From an uncultured Acidobacteriota bacterium (lineage in GTDB: Bacteria; Acidobacteriota; Terriglobia; UBA7540): DNA of 64,000 nt. The number at the start of each line of letters is the position of its first letter. The stretch's first letter is position 1. The DNA lies in contig CAWDSK010000001.1 of the NCBI GenBank assembly GCA_963804995.1, forward strand, positions 512,001-576,000. Reading direction: 5' to 3'. The notes beneath the pieces were generated by a model, which worked only from the letters and a program-made list of their open reading frames with translations, did not search any database and had not been told where the DNA came from. The position numbers were made by a program, and so were the translations under genes. Of this stretch, positions 51,341 through 61,695 are shown in pieces.

Positions 51341-52354
51341 TCAAGGTTTCAGGACCACTTTGATGCGCGTGGATTTCGGGTTGACGAGGTCCTCGAAAAT
51401 TTCCTGCCCGTCCGCCAACGGCGCTTCGCTGATCATATCTCCCATAGCCAATCGGCCACCGGCAACCCACTCCACAGCTTTCTGAAACTCCCGGCGATTG
51501 TATGCGAAGGCGCCTGCCAGGCGAATCTCGCGGCGGATGATCTCCACACAATCAAGATTAGTTTCCTGATCCCCCAACCCGGCCAAGACGATGAGCCCGC
51601 CTGAGCGCACCAATCGCACGGCCAGTTGACGAGTCACAGAGAATCCCGCAGCATCAAACACCACGGCGCAGCCTTCCTCGCCGAAGAAGCGCTGAAGTTC
51701 TTCGACCGCACCAGCGTCCAGGGGATTCACGGTCATGTTTGCACCTAAGCGCCGCGCCGCCTCGGAACGGTGGGGATTGATCTCCACGACGGCGATCTTC
51801 GTAAAGTTCAGTTGACGCGCAGCCTGCAATCCCATCAAGCCGATGGGCCCGGCACCCAGAATGGCCAGTGGGCCGCGCTCCTCCCCGGCCAAGCCCGCCA
51901 TGTGCATGCCACACGCCAGGGATTCCACCAGGGCCCCTTGGTTGAAATCGACTTCGGCGGGGAGGGGGTCCAGGTTGGCAATAGGAACCTTCAGATATTC
52001 AGCGAAGCCACCCGCCACATGAAGTCCCAGCACTTGCCGACGCGGGCAAATGTAGTCCCGCCCGGATAAGCAGTAGGCGCACCGGCCACATCCCAAAAGA
52101 GGATAGACGGTCACGCGTGCTCCTGGAACAAAGGCTGCCTGCGCGGTGCCGACTTCGACCACTTCTCCCGCCATCTCGTGCCCGAGCACCAGCGGCGGAA
52201 TGCGGCCGCGGCTGTGGCCGAGCCACCCGTGCAAATCCGAACCGCACACGGCCACGGAATGAACACGCACTAGCGCCTCGCCCGACCCAGGTTTGGGATC
52301 GGGCCAATCCTGATACTCCAGCTTTCGCGGTCCGGTATAGACAAGGGCTTTCAT
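51341..52354 (-). CDS. Zn-dependent medium-chain (polyol-type) dehydrogenase
   Basis: CGSDLH, GHE, CGRCAYC..C, GAGPIG. Confidence 0.92.
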   Translation of the reverse strand: MKALVYTGPRKLEYQDWPDPKPGSGEALVRVHSVAVCGSDLHGWLGHSRGRIPPLVLGHEMAGEVVEVGTAQAAFVPGARVTVYPLLGCGRCAYCLSGRDYICPRRQVLGLHVAGGFAEYLKVPIANLDPLPAEVDFNQGALVESLACGMHMAGLAGEERGPLAILGAGPIGLMGLQAARQLNFTKIAVVEINPHRSEAARRLGANMTVNPLDAGAVEELQRFFGEEGCAVVFDAAGFSVTRQLAVRLVRSGGLIVLAGLGDQETNLDCVEIIRREIRLAGAFAYNRREFQKAVEWVAGGRLAMGDMISEAPLADGQEIFEDLVNPKSTRIKVVLKP

Positions 52355-52630
52355 GAAATCGTCTCCTCGGGAAAGTTACAGAACCTCTCTGCTCACGACA
52401 CCAAACGCCCCCGCGCTATGAGCCGGAAAGTATACGTCAAATGCACTATGGCACGGTGAGGTAATCTGACAATCCGCTGCCCTCCCGCCCATCGCGATTT
52501 GAGGCGCACCGCTGGACGCACCTGCGGCAGGAATCTATAATCCCTTACACCGCCTTCAGGGGGATTCATGAGTAACTGGAAAAAAGTCTTCATGCGCTCC
52601 TTGTGCCGAAGTGCCAGCGGAAGGAGAGAC

Positions 52631-54649
52631 ATGGCACCCGGCTGGTTGGTCGTGTTGCTGAGCGTAGCCTGGCTGGCGTCCTGGCCGCCTGACGCCCGCC
52701 CACAGACTTCGCTACGAGCTGCCACTGATAGAATCACCTACAACGTAGGAGAGCAAGTCTGGCTCCAAATTATTCCCCCTTCGCCCGAGGAAGTTCGCAC
52801 GCTGGATAGCTATCTCTTCACAGTACGTTATGAGGGGGAAGGAAAACCACTGGTAGATGGGTTGCGGCTCGGAGAGAAGGTACCGCCTTCTTCTTCGCCT
52901 TCCTCAAGCTATCGGTTGCTTTGGAAGGTCCCTCTCGACGCCCGGACGGGAAGGTACGACATCGATTTGCGGGTGCGAGATCCCAAGTCGCCCCAGGTCA
53001 TTCAGGATAATCCCCGCGTCTGTTCCTTCGTGGTCACTCGCCAGGTGGTTCAAATTATCTCTGCCGAAGTCGGCAAGTTCTACTACACGTCGGGTGATGC
53101 AATAAGCTGTGATATGAAGCTCGAAAACCGCAGTGAGCAGCTTCTTGATGGACTCCGCCTCGAATTCTCCGAGCGTTATTGGCCGTGGATTGTTCAGCAA
53201 ACGGAGAAAGTGGGAACGACCATCAAGACCCTGAAAGAAGACATCAAGCTCGAACCGCACCAGCGGATGAGCTTAGGCTCCACGCACTGCACCGAGGCGA
53301 AAGGCGGAAATGAGCCGGCGATCAAACAGTACGCCGCAGTGGTCTGGGACCGCGACCGCAAGAACGTCTATGCCATTGCCTTCACCCCGCTGGTCTTTGT
53401 CAATCCACCTGGAGCGGATGCGCCGCGGCCTTACCCCGGGCAATACATTTACCCAAAGCTGGATGCGGTCAACACCTCGAGCTATCGGCAGTTTCATTCT
53501 GAATCCTTCGGTGCAGGCGCCATTCAGTTTGATACCCACCATACCCTGTTCCCTTCGGGGGCCGAAGCCACCGTGAAATTTTCATTGTTAAACCCGACGG
53601 ACTCCGTGTGGCAGCAAGTCTCCGTGCACGGGCGCCTGACTGGCCCTGATGGAAAAGAGCAGGTGAATACGGTGGTCGCAGAGCACATCGACCTTGACGC
53701 GCACGGCCCGCCACTGACGCAGGAAGTAAAGTTCAGCCTGCCGGCCGACGCGAGCGGGCTCTACCATGCTTGGGTTGAGGTAACCGCTGCCTCCGGGCAA
53801 AGGCTCGCCTCCAACGAACTCGAACTCGGCGTCAATCCGCTTCCCAGGTCCGCCCTCGTCTTTTGCGCGCACGAGGATGACGATGGAACCCAAATGGGTT
53901 TCATTCGCGCCTTAGTCGAAAACCACATCCCTCTCCAAGTGATCTACTTTACCAGTGGCGATGCAGGCTCCTGCGATCGCTACTACGAGCATTCCTGCGG
54001 CCCGGCCGAGGCGCTGAACTTCGGGGCTATCCGCATGGATGAAGCCCGCGCCGCACTGGGGCACCTCGGCGTACCGCGTGAAAATATTCTCTTTCTGGGT
54101 CTGCCCGATGGGGGTTCGGGCAAGATCTGGTATGACCACCTACGATCGTCGGATCCCTATCTTTCCATTCAGCTCGCGAGCAGTCATGCACCCTACGAAG
54201 GTCTCTTCCGGCCCAATCTGCCTTTCGCCCGGCAGAGCGTCGTCGACGCGGCCGCGGAGATCATCAAGAAGTTTCAGCCTGATGTTGTCTTTACGGTGCA
54301 CCCGCCTGCGCAAGGCCACATCGACCACATCGTGAACAACTATTTTGTGGTGAAGGCGCTGCAACAATTGTGGCGCGAGGGCGCCATCTCGCCCAACCTT
54401 GAAGTGCGCGTGGACCGCATCTTCAGCCCTGAGGGTTATCCAGCTACTCCCTATCACTATGAGGATCACACCTTCCATGTCTCGGGTGAAGCCATGGCGC
54501 TGGCACAGGAGGCCGGATGGTATTATCAATCACAGGGAGGCAACAAAGGGCAAGGCAACATTCGCACCTGGAATAAACTGTCCCGCAGCGAAGGCTATCG
54601 CAAGGTGTTAGACTGGAAGGAGCACGAAGGCTGGAATGAGAGACCGTGA
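52631..54649 (+). CDS. Secreted PIG-L family deacetylase with N-terminal beta-sandwich domains
   Basis: AHEDDD, TSGDAG, R..EA, LGLPDG, HIDH; AAGGAG SD. Confidence 0.85.
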   Translation: MAPGWLVVLLSVAWLASWPPDARPQTSLRAATDRITYNVGEQVWLQIIPPSPEEVRTLDSYLFTVRYEGEGKPLVDGLRLGEKVPPSSSPSSSYRLLWKVPLDARTGRYDIDLRVRDPKSPQVIQDNPRVCSFVVTRQVVQIISAEVGKFYYTSGDAISCDMKLENRSEQLLDGLRLEFSERYWPWIVQQTEKVGTTIKTLKEDIKLEPHQRMSLGSTHCTEAKGGNEPAIKQYAAVVWDRDRKNVYAIAFTPLVFVNPPGADAPRPYPGQYIYPKLDAVNTSSYRQFHSESFGAGAIQFDTHHTLFPSGAEATVKFSLLNPTDSVWQQVSVHGRLTGPDGKEQVNTVVAEHIDLDAHGPPLTQEVKFSLPADASGLYHAWVEVTAASGQRLASNELELGVNPLPRSALVFCAHEDDDGTQMGFIRALVENHIPLQVIYFTSGDAGSCDRYYEHSCGPAEALNFGAIRMDEARAALGHLGVPRENILFLGLPDGGSGKIWYDHLRSSDPYLSIQLASSHAPYEGLFRPNLPFARQSVVDAAAEIIKKFQPDVVFTVHPPAQGHIDHIVNNYFVVKALQQLWREGAISPNLEVRVDRIFSPEGYPATPYHYEDHTFHVSGEAMALAQEAGWYYQSQGGNKGQGNIRTWNKLSRSEGYRKVLDWKEHEGWNERP

Positions 54650-54652
54650 ATT

Positions 54653-55309
54653 ATGGAAACGCCGCGAGAGTGGGCGAGGAGATATGACCGCCAAGCGATG
54701 AACGAGGAAGCTGATTCGCAAAACCCGAATGCTGAAGCGCTGGACGCGGCCGTTCAGGCTTCGGAATTTCCTACCGAGCCGTTCCCCTGCCCGGCGTGCG
54801 GCCAGTTGCTTGCCCCCACGTGTCGTGTGTGCGTAGCTTGCCGGCACGCCATCGATCCCGCCGAAATCGCCAAGCCGCAGGAGGTCGCAGCGGTGATGGC
54901 TCCTCGACCGGCTGCGGAAGTCAAGCCAGCACCCGTGCGCTACCCTTGGGTTCTTTTCTTTGCCGTGCTAGGGATTTCCTTCCTTCTTGCCCAGACCTTT
55001 CTCGAATTCTGGGACCTTCAAAAGACTCAGCTCGCGATGGGGGGAATCCAGGCCCTGGCCGGGATCTGGGTGTTCTTCGATGCTCTCCGTCAGCGCCTTC
55101 CTCGACCACTGCGCTGGGGATTGGGCACGATGATATTGCCCGTCATCATTTTCCCCTGGTACCTGGCACGCCGAAGAGCGCCGCAGTCACGAGTCCCTTT
55201 CGTCGAAGCGGAAGTAGGGCCGGTCACCCGATTCCTGTCTTTCGCCTTGGTTGTCTTCTTTCTGCTGAGCGTGATTCTTTATTTTGTGCAGGGGCCGCCA
55301 CCCAAGTAG
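54653..55309 (+). CDS. Zinc-ribbon membrane protein (start may be 54698)
   Basis: CPACG..CRVCVAC; several hydrophobic segments. Confidence 0.7.
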   Translation: METPREWARRYDRQAMNEEADSQNPNAEALDAAVQASEFPTEPFPCPACGQLLAPTCRVCVACRHAIDPAEIAKPQEVAAVMAPRPAAEVKPAPVRYPWVLFFAVLGISFLLAQTFLEFWDLQKTQLAMGGIQALAGIWVFFDALRQRLPRPLRWGLGTMILPVIIFPWYLARRRAPQSRVPFVEAEVGPVTRFLSFALVVFFLLSVILYFVQGPPPK

Positions 55310-55461
55310 CAAACAGGCTTACCTATCTCCAAACTAAGGACAGCGCCTGGTTAGCGGTAGTGGTGCAGTTTGCCGCCGGAGTGACTGATTTCAGCGTGGG
55401 CCGGGTTCGCGGCGAAGATGGGGCCCTACTTCCCTCAATTCATCCCCCGCAACTATAAAGC

Positions 55462-55491
55462 TTGACAATACGCTTTAATGATTGGTATAAT
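55462..55491 (+). promoter_or_regulatory. Consensus sigma70 promoter without a large downstream gene
   Basis: TTGACA (55462-55467), 18 bp, TGn-TATAAT (55486-55491). Confidence 0.7.
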
Positions 55492-55633
55492 CCGGCTGCG
55501 CCGACTTTCGGAAGGACTTGGCGTGGAGCGCACCATAGGGAGGCACGCGGTGAAGCCTAAATATGAGACCGAAAACGCACCGTCTGACCCCTTCATTCTT
55601 AGCCGACAATGTGTCGCTGGATGCCCAAAACGC

Positions 55634-55715
55634 CCAAAGCTGAGAACATGTTGAAAACAAAGCGCGTCGACTCGCGTTTTCTGTTTGCCAAAGCTGAGAG
55701 GTTATTGAAAACAAA
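55634..55715. repeat. 28-bp direct repeat x2, 54-bp period
   Basis: CCAAAGCTGAGA-N5-TTGAAAACAAA at 55634 and 55688. Confidence 0.8.
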
Positions 55716-55805
55716 TACGGTTAGCAAAGATATGAAAAATGGTAAAACAGGATGACAATATGTCTATTGAAGTGTCCGGGAAATGGCTCGACAAATGCTT
55801 TGGCC

Positions 55806-55854
55806 GTAGCGCCAGCATCCTGCCGGCAAATGCCCCGATGGATCGGGGCGCTAC
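55806..55854. repeat. GTAG...CTAC REP-like doublet
   Basis: GTAGCGCC...GCCCCGATGGATCGGGGCGCTAC; flanked by IR AGTGTCCGG (55771) / CCGGACACT (55871). Confidence 0.7.
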
Positions 55855-55877
55855 GATGTCCAGTTAATTACCGGACA

Positions 55878-57017
55878 CTACACTAGCGCCCCATCCGACG
55901 CCTGGCAAATATAGACCTCGGCCTTAAGGCCTAGCGCTTCCTCGTAACCCTTCGCGACCGAGTGTGCGAATGCCTCCGCCGCGCCCTCGCGGACCAGGTT
56001 AACCGTACACCCGCCAAACCCCGCTCCAGTCATGCGCGCTCCCAGCACGCCGGGTTGCTTCCATGCCAACTCAACAAGGGTATCGAGCTCCTTGGAACTG
56101 ACTTCATAATCATCCCGCAAGCTCACATGGGATTGATTCATCAATTCGCCGAAGCGTTCCAGGTTGCCGCCTTCGAGAACCTTGACGGCCTCCAGCACGC
56201 GCTCGTTCTCCGAAACCACATGGTGGGCGCGGCGAAAGAGCAATTCGTCCAGAACACCGCGCGCCGCCACTAAATCCGAGAGTTCTACATCGCGCAGCGA
56301 CTTGACCGCGAGGCCGGTGCTCGCGATCTGGGCAACAGACTGGCGGCACTGTTTTAACCGTACCTCGTATTCCGATTGCGCCAGAGCGCGCTTGACCCCG
56401 GAATTGCAGACCACAATTTTCACATCGGCCCGGAGCGGCACGTGGCGATACGTGAGGCTACGGCAATCGAGAAACAGGGCGTGATCCCGCCGGCCGAGCG
56501 CCGAAATAAACTGGTCCATGATTCCGCAAGGCACTCCCACAAATTCGTTTTCGGTGCGGCGCGCGAGCTTGACGACATAGACAGGATCGAGCCCCAGGTT
56601 CAGGAGTTTGTTCCAGAATGTCGTGGCGCCCACTTCCACTGCGGCGGAGGAACTGAGCCCTGCCTCGCGCGGCACGTCGCCCCCGAAGGCGATGTCCGCA
56701 CCGGTCAGGTGATGGCCATCTTCTTCCAGGAACTTCGATACGCCGCGGAGAAAATTGCTCCAGGAGTGCTGCCTGTCTTTCTGAATGTCATCGAGGCTGA
56801 ACTCAACGGAGGCTTGGAAGTCGGTGGAGTAAGCGCGCACGCGGCGGTCCGCGCGGCGGCGGCCCACATAGGTGATGGCGCGGTCGATGGCGGCGGGAAG
56901 CACAAAGCCGTCGTTGTAATCCGTGTGCTCGCCAATCAGGTTGACGCGCCCCGGCGCGCGCACCACCGCATCCGGCAGTGAGCCGAACATTTGTTGGAAG
57001 GTTTGTTCAATCATCAC
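55878..57017 (-). CDS. galK: Galactokinase
   Basis: APGRVNLIGEHTDYNDG, GLSSSAA, CGIMDQ, GARMTGAGFGG. Confidence 0.97.
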   Translation of the reverse strand: MMIEQTFQQMFGSLPDAVVRAPGRVNLIGEHTDYNDGFVLPAAIDRAITYVGRRRADRRVRAYSTDFQASVEFSLDDIQKDRQHSWSNFLRGVSKFLEEDGHHLTGADIAFGGDVPREAGLSSSAAVEVGATTFWNKLLNLGLDPVYVVKLARRTENEFVGVPCGIMDQFISALGRRDHALFLDCRSLTYRHVPLRADVKIVVCNSGVKRALAQSEYEVRLKQCRQSVAQIASTGLAVKSLRDVELSDLVAARGVLDELLFRRAHHVVSENERVLEAVKVLEGGNLERFGELMNQSHVSLRDDYEVSSKELDTLVELAWKQPGVLGARMTGAGFGGCTVNLVREGAAEAFAHSVAKGYEEALGLKAEVYICQASDGALV

Positions 57018-57030
57018 TCAATCCTCCCAG

Positions 57031-57252
57031 GCAGAAGGCAGTAGGCAGAAAGCAGAAGGCAGAAGGCGGCAAGCAGAAAGCATTGCTACGCCGCCCCTTG
57101 AGAAGATGGTGCGAATCTTTCAGGATGTTCGATCATTGCCAGATCAGGCCTTATATCTTTCAAAGGACCTCCTGAAGATCGAAGTCTTCCGGTTTGTGCT
57201 TTCTGCTTTCCGCCTTCTGCTTTCTGCCTACTGCCTTCCGCCTACTGCCTTC
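57031..57252. repeat. Inverted pair of GCAGAAG-type heptamer arrays
   Basis: 7 units at 57031-57079 and 8 reverse-complement units at 57197-57252. Confidence 0.85.
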
Positions 57253-58218
57253 CTCCAGCTTCTCCCGCTTCAACGGCGGGACCGCCCGCAACTCCGCTGC
57301 TTTCGCTTCCGCCAGCGAATCATTCAGAAAGGTCCCCCCGCCGGTTTCCACGCTGGCCAGGTACTTAAGCTTGTCCTTGCTGCGGTGAGGTGGATAGAAC
57401 TCGATGTGGAAATGGTAGTAGGGATGCGCCCCCCGTGTGGGGGCCTGATGCAGGAGCATCATGTACGGGAACGACATATGAAAAAGGTTGTCATACTTCA
57501 AAGTCACCCACTTCAATATCTCGGCAAGCGCCTGGTCTTCTGAGGGGCGGAATGCCTCCAGCGTTCCCAGATGGCGGCGCGCGAAAATGTGAACTTCATA
57601 CGGCCAACGCGCGTAGAAGGGGATGAACGCCGTGAAGTCTGCGTTCTCCGCGATGATGCGCTGTCCGTTGCGACGCTCTTTCTTCAAGATATCGCAATAC
57701 AGGCAGCGTTTATGAGTGCGCTGGTGGGCGCGAGCGACGGCCAGCGCTTTCTGCATCCTCGGCGGGATTAGCGGAAACGCGTAAATCTGCCCATGGGGAT
57801 GCGGCATGGTGACCCCAATCACCGCGCCCTTATTTTCGAATATCAAGACATAGCGAATGCCCGGCGTGGCTTTGAGCTCCAGGAAGCGCTTCCGCCAGAG
57901 CCGCACGAGTTTGACGATGTGATCGATGGGAAGTTGCGGCAGAGAGGCATGATGATCTGGGTGGTAGAGCACCACGTCACACTTGCCGTGGCACGGGCGA
58001 ACCCTATAGAAATCGTCGCCTTCGATTGACGGCTTCGGGGCGGGGATGGAGAAGGCCGGGAAATCGTTGGGATAGATCAAAACGTCGTAGTTGTCGGGGA
58101 CGCGTCCGGAGCCCGGGCAGAAAGGGCACCAATCCTTGGGCATCTGGGGACGGCCCTGGCGATGTGAGGCGGTTGCAACCCATTCACGGACGGTAGGATT
58201 CCAGCGCAGTTCGCTCAT
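57160..58218 (-). CDS. galT: Galactose-1-phosphate uridylyltransferase
   Basis: CPFCPG, FENKG..IG, HPHGQ, HFHIEFYP. Confidence 0.95.
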   Translation of the reverse strand: MSELRWNPTVREWVATASHRQGRPQMPKDWCPFCPGSGRVPDNYDVLIYPNDFPAFSIPAPKPSIEGDDFYRVRPCHGKCDVVLYHPDHHASLPQLPIDHIVKLVRLWRKRFLELKATPGIRYVLIFENKGAVIGVTMPHPHGQIYAFPLIPPRMQKALAVARAHQRTHKRCLYCDILKKERRNGQRIIAENADFTAFIPFYARWPYEVHIFARRHLGTLEAFRPSEDQALAEILKWVTLKYDNLFHMSFPYMMLLHQAPTRGAHPYYHFHIEFYPPHRSKDKLKYLASVETGGGTFLNDSLAEAKAAELRAVPPLKREKLEEGSRRKAVGRKQKAESRKHKPEDFDLQEVL

Positions 58219-58424
58219 GGTTCACTACGATGCGAAGCTCGGTACGCCAGCGCCCCCATGAAAAGTCCAAAAACCAACATCGCCAAGCCCCACCACAGAT
58301 CGATGTTCACTCCCAGCGACTTCTCACGAAAGATGGAAGGGTCCGCAACCGCCCCGTAAGACATCATGATGAGACCGTAAATCGAAAAGATAATTCCAAT
58401 CGGCCAGCGAATATCTAATCCCAT
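58215..58424 (-). CDS. Small two-TM protein associated with the SSS transporter
   Basis: MGLDIRWPIG..F..YG, NIDLWWG; overlaps the galT start. Confidence 0.8.
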   Translation of the reverse strand: MGLDIRWPIGIIFSIYGLIMMSYGAVADPSIFREKSLGVNIDLWWGLAMLVFGLFMGALAYRASHRSEP

Positions 58425-58430
58425 CGTCTC

Positions 58431-60071
58431 CTACCAGAAGATAATATTTAAAACCACGCAGAGCGCCAGAATGCCAATCGCCAGGATCCCCGGCCGCTCG
58501 TACCAGGGAAGGTGCGAGGTCTTGGGCCTGGGAGTCATCGAATAAACCAGACCGACCAGGTCCTCTTCTTTCTTGGGGGCGGTGAATGAGCTGACCACGA
58601 GCGTGACCACGAAACAGACGCCAAACGCCCACATGGCTTGATAGAAATTGTTGGCCATGGCCTGGGCGTTGGGATAATGGAAAACATTGAAATAGAGCAG
58701 GGCATAATGAGTGGCGGCGGTCAGGATCCCCGACAGCAATCCCCAGAACCCTGCCGTGGGCGTGGCGCGTTTCCAGAACATCCCCAGCAGGAACGTAGCA
58801 AAGAGCGGCGCGTTGAAGAAGGCAAAAAGGAGCTGGAGATAGTCCATGAGGTTGTTGAACATCAGGACGATGAATGCGGTTCCTATGCCCACCGATACGG
58901 CAAAAATCGTGGCCAGCTTGCCCATGCGCAGGTAGTGGGCATCGGGCTTGCCTGGGTTGACGTGCGTTTGGTAAATGTCGAATGTCCAAACCGTGTTGAA
59001 GGCCGTCACGTTCCCTGCCATGCCTGACATGAAACTGGCCAGCAGCGCCGTCAGACCGATGCCCAGCAGGCCAGAGGGATAAAAGCTGCCGAGCATCGTG
59101 GGCAGCGCCTGGTTGTAATTGTAATCGTGCGTCGCAGGGTCCCAGAGCAGTTGTCGGATGGGCCCGTAGGAGATCGCCACCAAGCCAGGCAGTACCACCA
59201 TCAAGGGAAAGAACATCTTGGGGACCGCGGCGATCAGAGGTGTGCGCTGAGCGGAGGCCATGTCCTTGGCCGCCAGTCCCCGCTGCACGACCAGGAAGTC
59301 TGTGCACCAGTAGCCGAATGACAATACGAATCCCAACCCAAAGATGGTGCCAATCCAATTCACGCCCATGGGGTTCTGGTTCGAATGCCAGATGTTCGCC
59401 CAGGTGTGCGCGTAGCCCGGGTATGGCAACGTCGAGAGCTTGGCGTCCAATCCCGCGAATCCACCCACGGCCTTCAAGCCCAGAATGGCCAGCGGCAGGA
59501 AGCCGAAGACGATCAGGAAGAATTGCAGGACCTCGTTGTAGATTGAGGATGTGAGGCCGCCGAGATAGATATAGATTGCCACCACTACTGCCGACGCCAC
59601 CACACTCGCCCAGAAGGGCCAATTGAGCAGGCGCTCAAAGAGGATCGCCATCGCGTAGAGGTCTACACCCGAGACCAGCAGGGTCATGAACGCGAACGAA
59701 AGGGCGTTGAGGGTGCGAGTCTTCTCATCGTACCGCTTGCGCAGGAATTCGGGCACGCTGCGTACTTTGCTGCCGTAATAGAACGGCATCATGAAGACGC
59801 CCACAAAACACATGGCAGGCATCGCAGCAAGCCAATAAAAGTGATTGACGAACATGCCGTATTTGGCGGCGTTGGCGGCGTGGCCCATCACTTCCAGCGC
59901 CCCGAGGTTCGCGGACATGAAAGCCAGGCCGGTGATCCAGCCGGGAATCGAGCGGCCCGAGAGGAAAAAGTCCTCGCTGGTCTTCATTCGCCCGCGCAGG
60001 GAGAATCCGATCCCTAAAACAAACCCGAAGTAGATGGCGATAATCGCGTAGTCAACAAAATGAGGATGCAT
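58431..60071 (-). CDS. Sodium:solute symporter (probably galactose)
   Basis: DFFLSGR, SANLGA, SVPEFL, YWCTDFLVVQR; in operon with galT and galK. Confidence 0.93.
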   Translation of the reverse strand: MHPHFVDYAIIAIYFGFVLGIGFSLRGRMKTSEDFFLSGRSIPGWITGLAFMSANLGALEVMGHAANAAKYGMFVNHFYWLAAMPAMCFVGVFMMPFYYGSKVRSVPEFLRKRYDEKTRTLNALSFAFMTLLVSGVDLYAMAILFERLLNWPFWASVVASAVVVAIYIYLGGLTSSIYNEVLQFFLIVFGFLPLAILGLKAVGGFAGLDAKLSTLPYPGYAHTWANIWHSNQNPMGVNWIGTIFGLGFVLSFGYWCTDFLVVQRGLAAKDMASAQRTPLIAAVPKMFFPLMVVLPGLVAISYGPIRQLLWDPATHDYNYNQALPTMLGSFYPSGLLGIGLTALLASFMSGMAGNVTAFNTVWTFDIYQTHVNPGKPDAHYLRMGKLATIFAVSVGIGTAFIVLMFNNLMDYLQLLFAFFNAPLFATFLLGMFWKRATPTAGFWGLLSGILTAATHYALLYFNVFHYPNAQAMANNFYQAMWAFGVCFVVTLVVSSFTAPKKEEDLVGLVYSMTPRPKTSHLPWYERPGILAIGILALCVVLNIIFW

Positions 60072-60411
60072 AGATTCCTTCCGGTCCGCGCATACTTATC
60101 ACAGGGCACCCCAAATGTAAACGGAAGCCGCGATGTTTCTCATTTTTGTTTTGAGGAGTTTTGAGAAGGCGGGATCGTTCCTCTGTGCGGCCGGGAGGTT
60201 AGGTTGCAGAGGACGCCTATCGGGGTTGACCTCAGCGGGCCTTGTCTTTATTTGGCACCGCAATTCGGATCGATGCCTATGGCCCGGCCCCTTTATCGCT
60301 ACGGCGACCGAAGGGGCGAGTTAGTTCAATCCACATACCCTTGACCTCTGGGGAAAGAGGGAGACGCTCAAGCCCCGGCCATCACTCCCGGATCAGAGTC
60401 GTCTGCCGGCG

Positions 60412-60963
60412 TTACGCGCTCGCAGCTTTCCAGCCCGACCGCTCACGCAGAGAAGTAATGTGCGCCACGTGATGTTTCCCGTGCCAGGCGTAAAGGGCTA
60501 GGTATTTTTCGAGCGTTACGCGCCCCATTTCCGGATGTTTCAAGGCCCGCGCAAAATCTTCCGCCCGAAGGGATTTCAACAGCATTACCCAACGCGCATG
60601 CAGGGTTTCAAGCAGCGTCAATGAGATTTCCGCCGGGGCGGTGCGCGCGTCCGCCAACTCTGCCCAGCGGCTTTCCTGGTAGGTCTTGACAGGCGGCTCA
60701 TCTTCGGTCAGCCCCAGCCGGAAGCGCACGTAAGCATTCAAGTGGCTGTCAGGCAAGTGATGCACCACTTGCCGTACCGTCCAGCCGCCGGGCCGATAGG
60801 GCGTATCGAGTTGCGCCTCACTCAGCCCCGCCACCGCAGCCCGCAACCGTGCCGGAGTCTGTTCGATTTCATGGATCCACTCACGCCGCTCCGCTTCACT
60901 CGCCAGCAACCCTTCACCACTGCGATTCCAAGTGAACTTCCCGATAGGATATTGTAGGTCCAT
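60412..60963 (-). CDS. yfiT: YfiT/BstA-like DinB-superfamily thiol transferase
   Basis: DLQYPIG, DTPYRPGGWTVRQVVHHLPDSH, YAWHGKHHVAHI. Confidence 0.9.
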   Translation of the reverse strand: MDLQYPIGKFTWNRSGEGLLASEAERREWIHEIEQTPARLRAAVAGLSEAQLDTPYRPGGWTVRQVVHHLPDSHLNAYVRFRLGLTEDEPPVKTYQESRWAELADARTAPAEISLTLLETLHARWVMLLKSLRAEDFARALKHPEMGRVTLEKYLALYAWHGKHHVAHITSLRERSGWKAASA

Positions 60964-61210
60964 GTCACCCTCCCGTTCAGCATGAATGCTTATTCGATGC
61001 ATTCCGCAGCCGACCGGTTCCGATTTCTTACTGCCAGCCCCGCGCCCTTTCGCATGCGCGGTAAGATTCTATCTTGCAGCGGCCAATGCCACCCGCGCAA
61101 GACACGCATTGACGGCATATCCAGGAACCTGTACGATGGTAGTCAAAGCACACAGGGCTGCCATTACCAGGGTTCGAATCATAGCGGGCGAGCCGGCTCG
61201 GGAGAACGAA

Positions 61211-61540
61211 GTGCCGCCAAGACGAGCAGTTCGGGTTCGATCGAGAGCTGTCACGCATGTGGGCTTTATTGGGACTGACCAGAAATTCACTGCCCCCTTG
61301 CTGGAATTCAGCCCCTTTGGGCTTTCCGTCAAAAGTTCGCGTGAGACCAAAAAAGGCACAATTTTCAAGGTGGGCATTCAGGTTGGCGCTGACTACTTCC
61401 GTGCTTCCGCCATCTGCCGCGCGCAGTTTCCCGGCGGGTTCGCGGTGGAATTCCTTTCTATGACTCCCATGGACCGCGAAATGATGCGCCGACTTTACCT
61501 GCGTCTGCAAATAATTGAACGTGAATCAAATGCGGGGTGA
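61211..61540 (+). CDS. PilZ-like single-domain protein
   Basis: GGAG plus GTG start; RRAVR (RxxxR), EFSPFG, GFAVEF. Confidence 0.65.
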   Translation: MPPRRAVRVRSRAVTHVGFIGTDQKFTAPLLEFSPFGLSVKSSRETKKGTIFKVGIQVGADYFRASAICRAQFPGGFAVEFLSMTPMDREMMRRLYLRLQIIERESNAG

Positions 61541-61695
61541 TCTCGCGGAATATACGTGGGACAACGCCCGCTACAGCCCGCTACGGGCAACAAGTGGGAC
61601 GGCTCTCGTCCGGGTGTCCCATCTCTCGCGAGGAACCCCGAGCAGGTTGAAGCTTCAAATCCTCAGACTATTTGCCCCTTAATCCTGCCCTGCAA

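Noticed and set aside
55634..55715. Possible mini-CRISPR
   Set aside because: Only two imperfect, non-palindromic repeats and no cas genes in the window.
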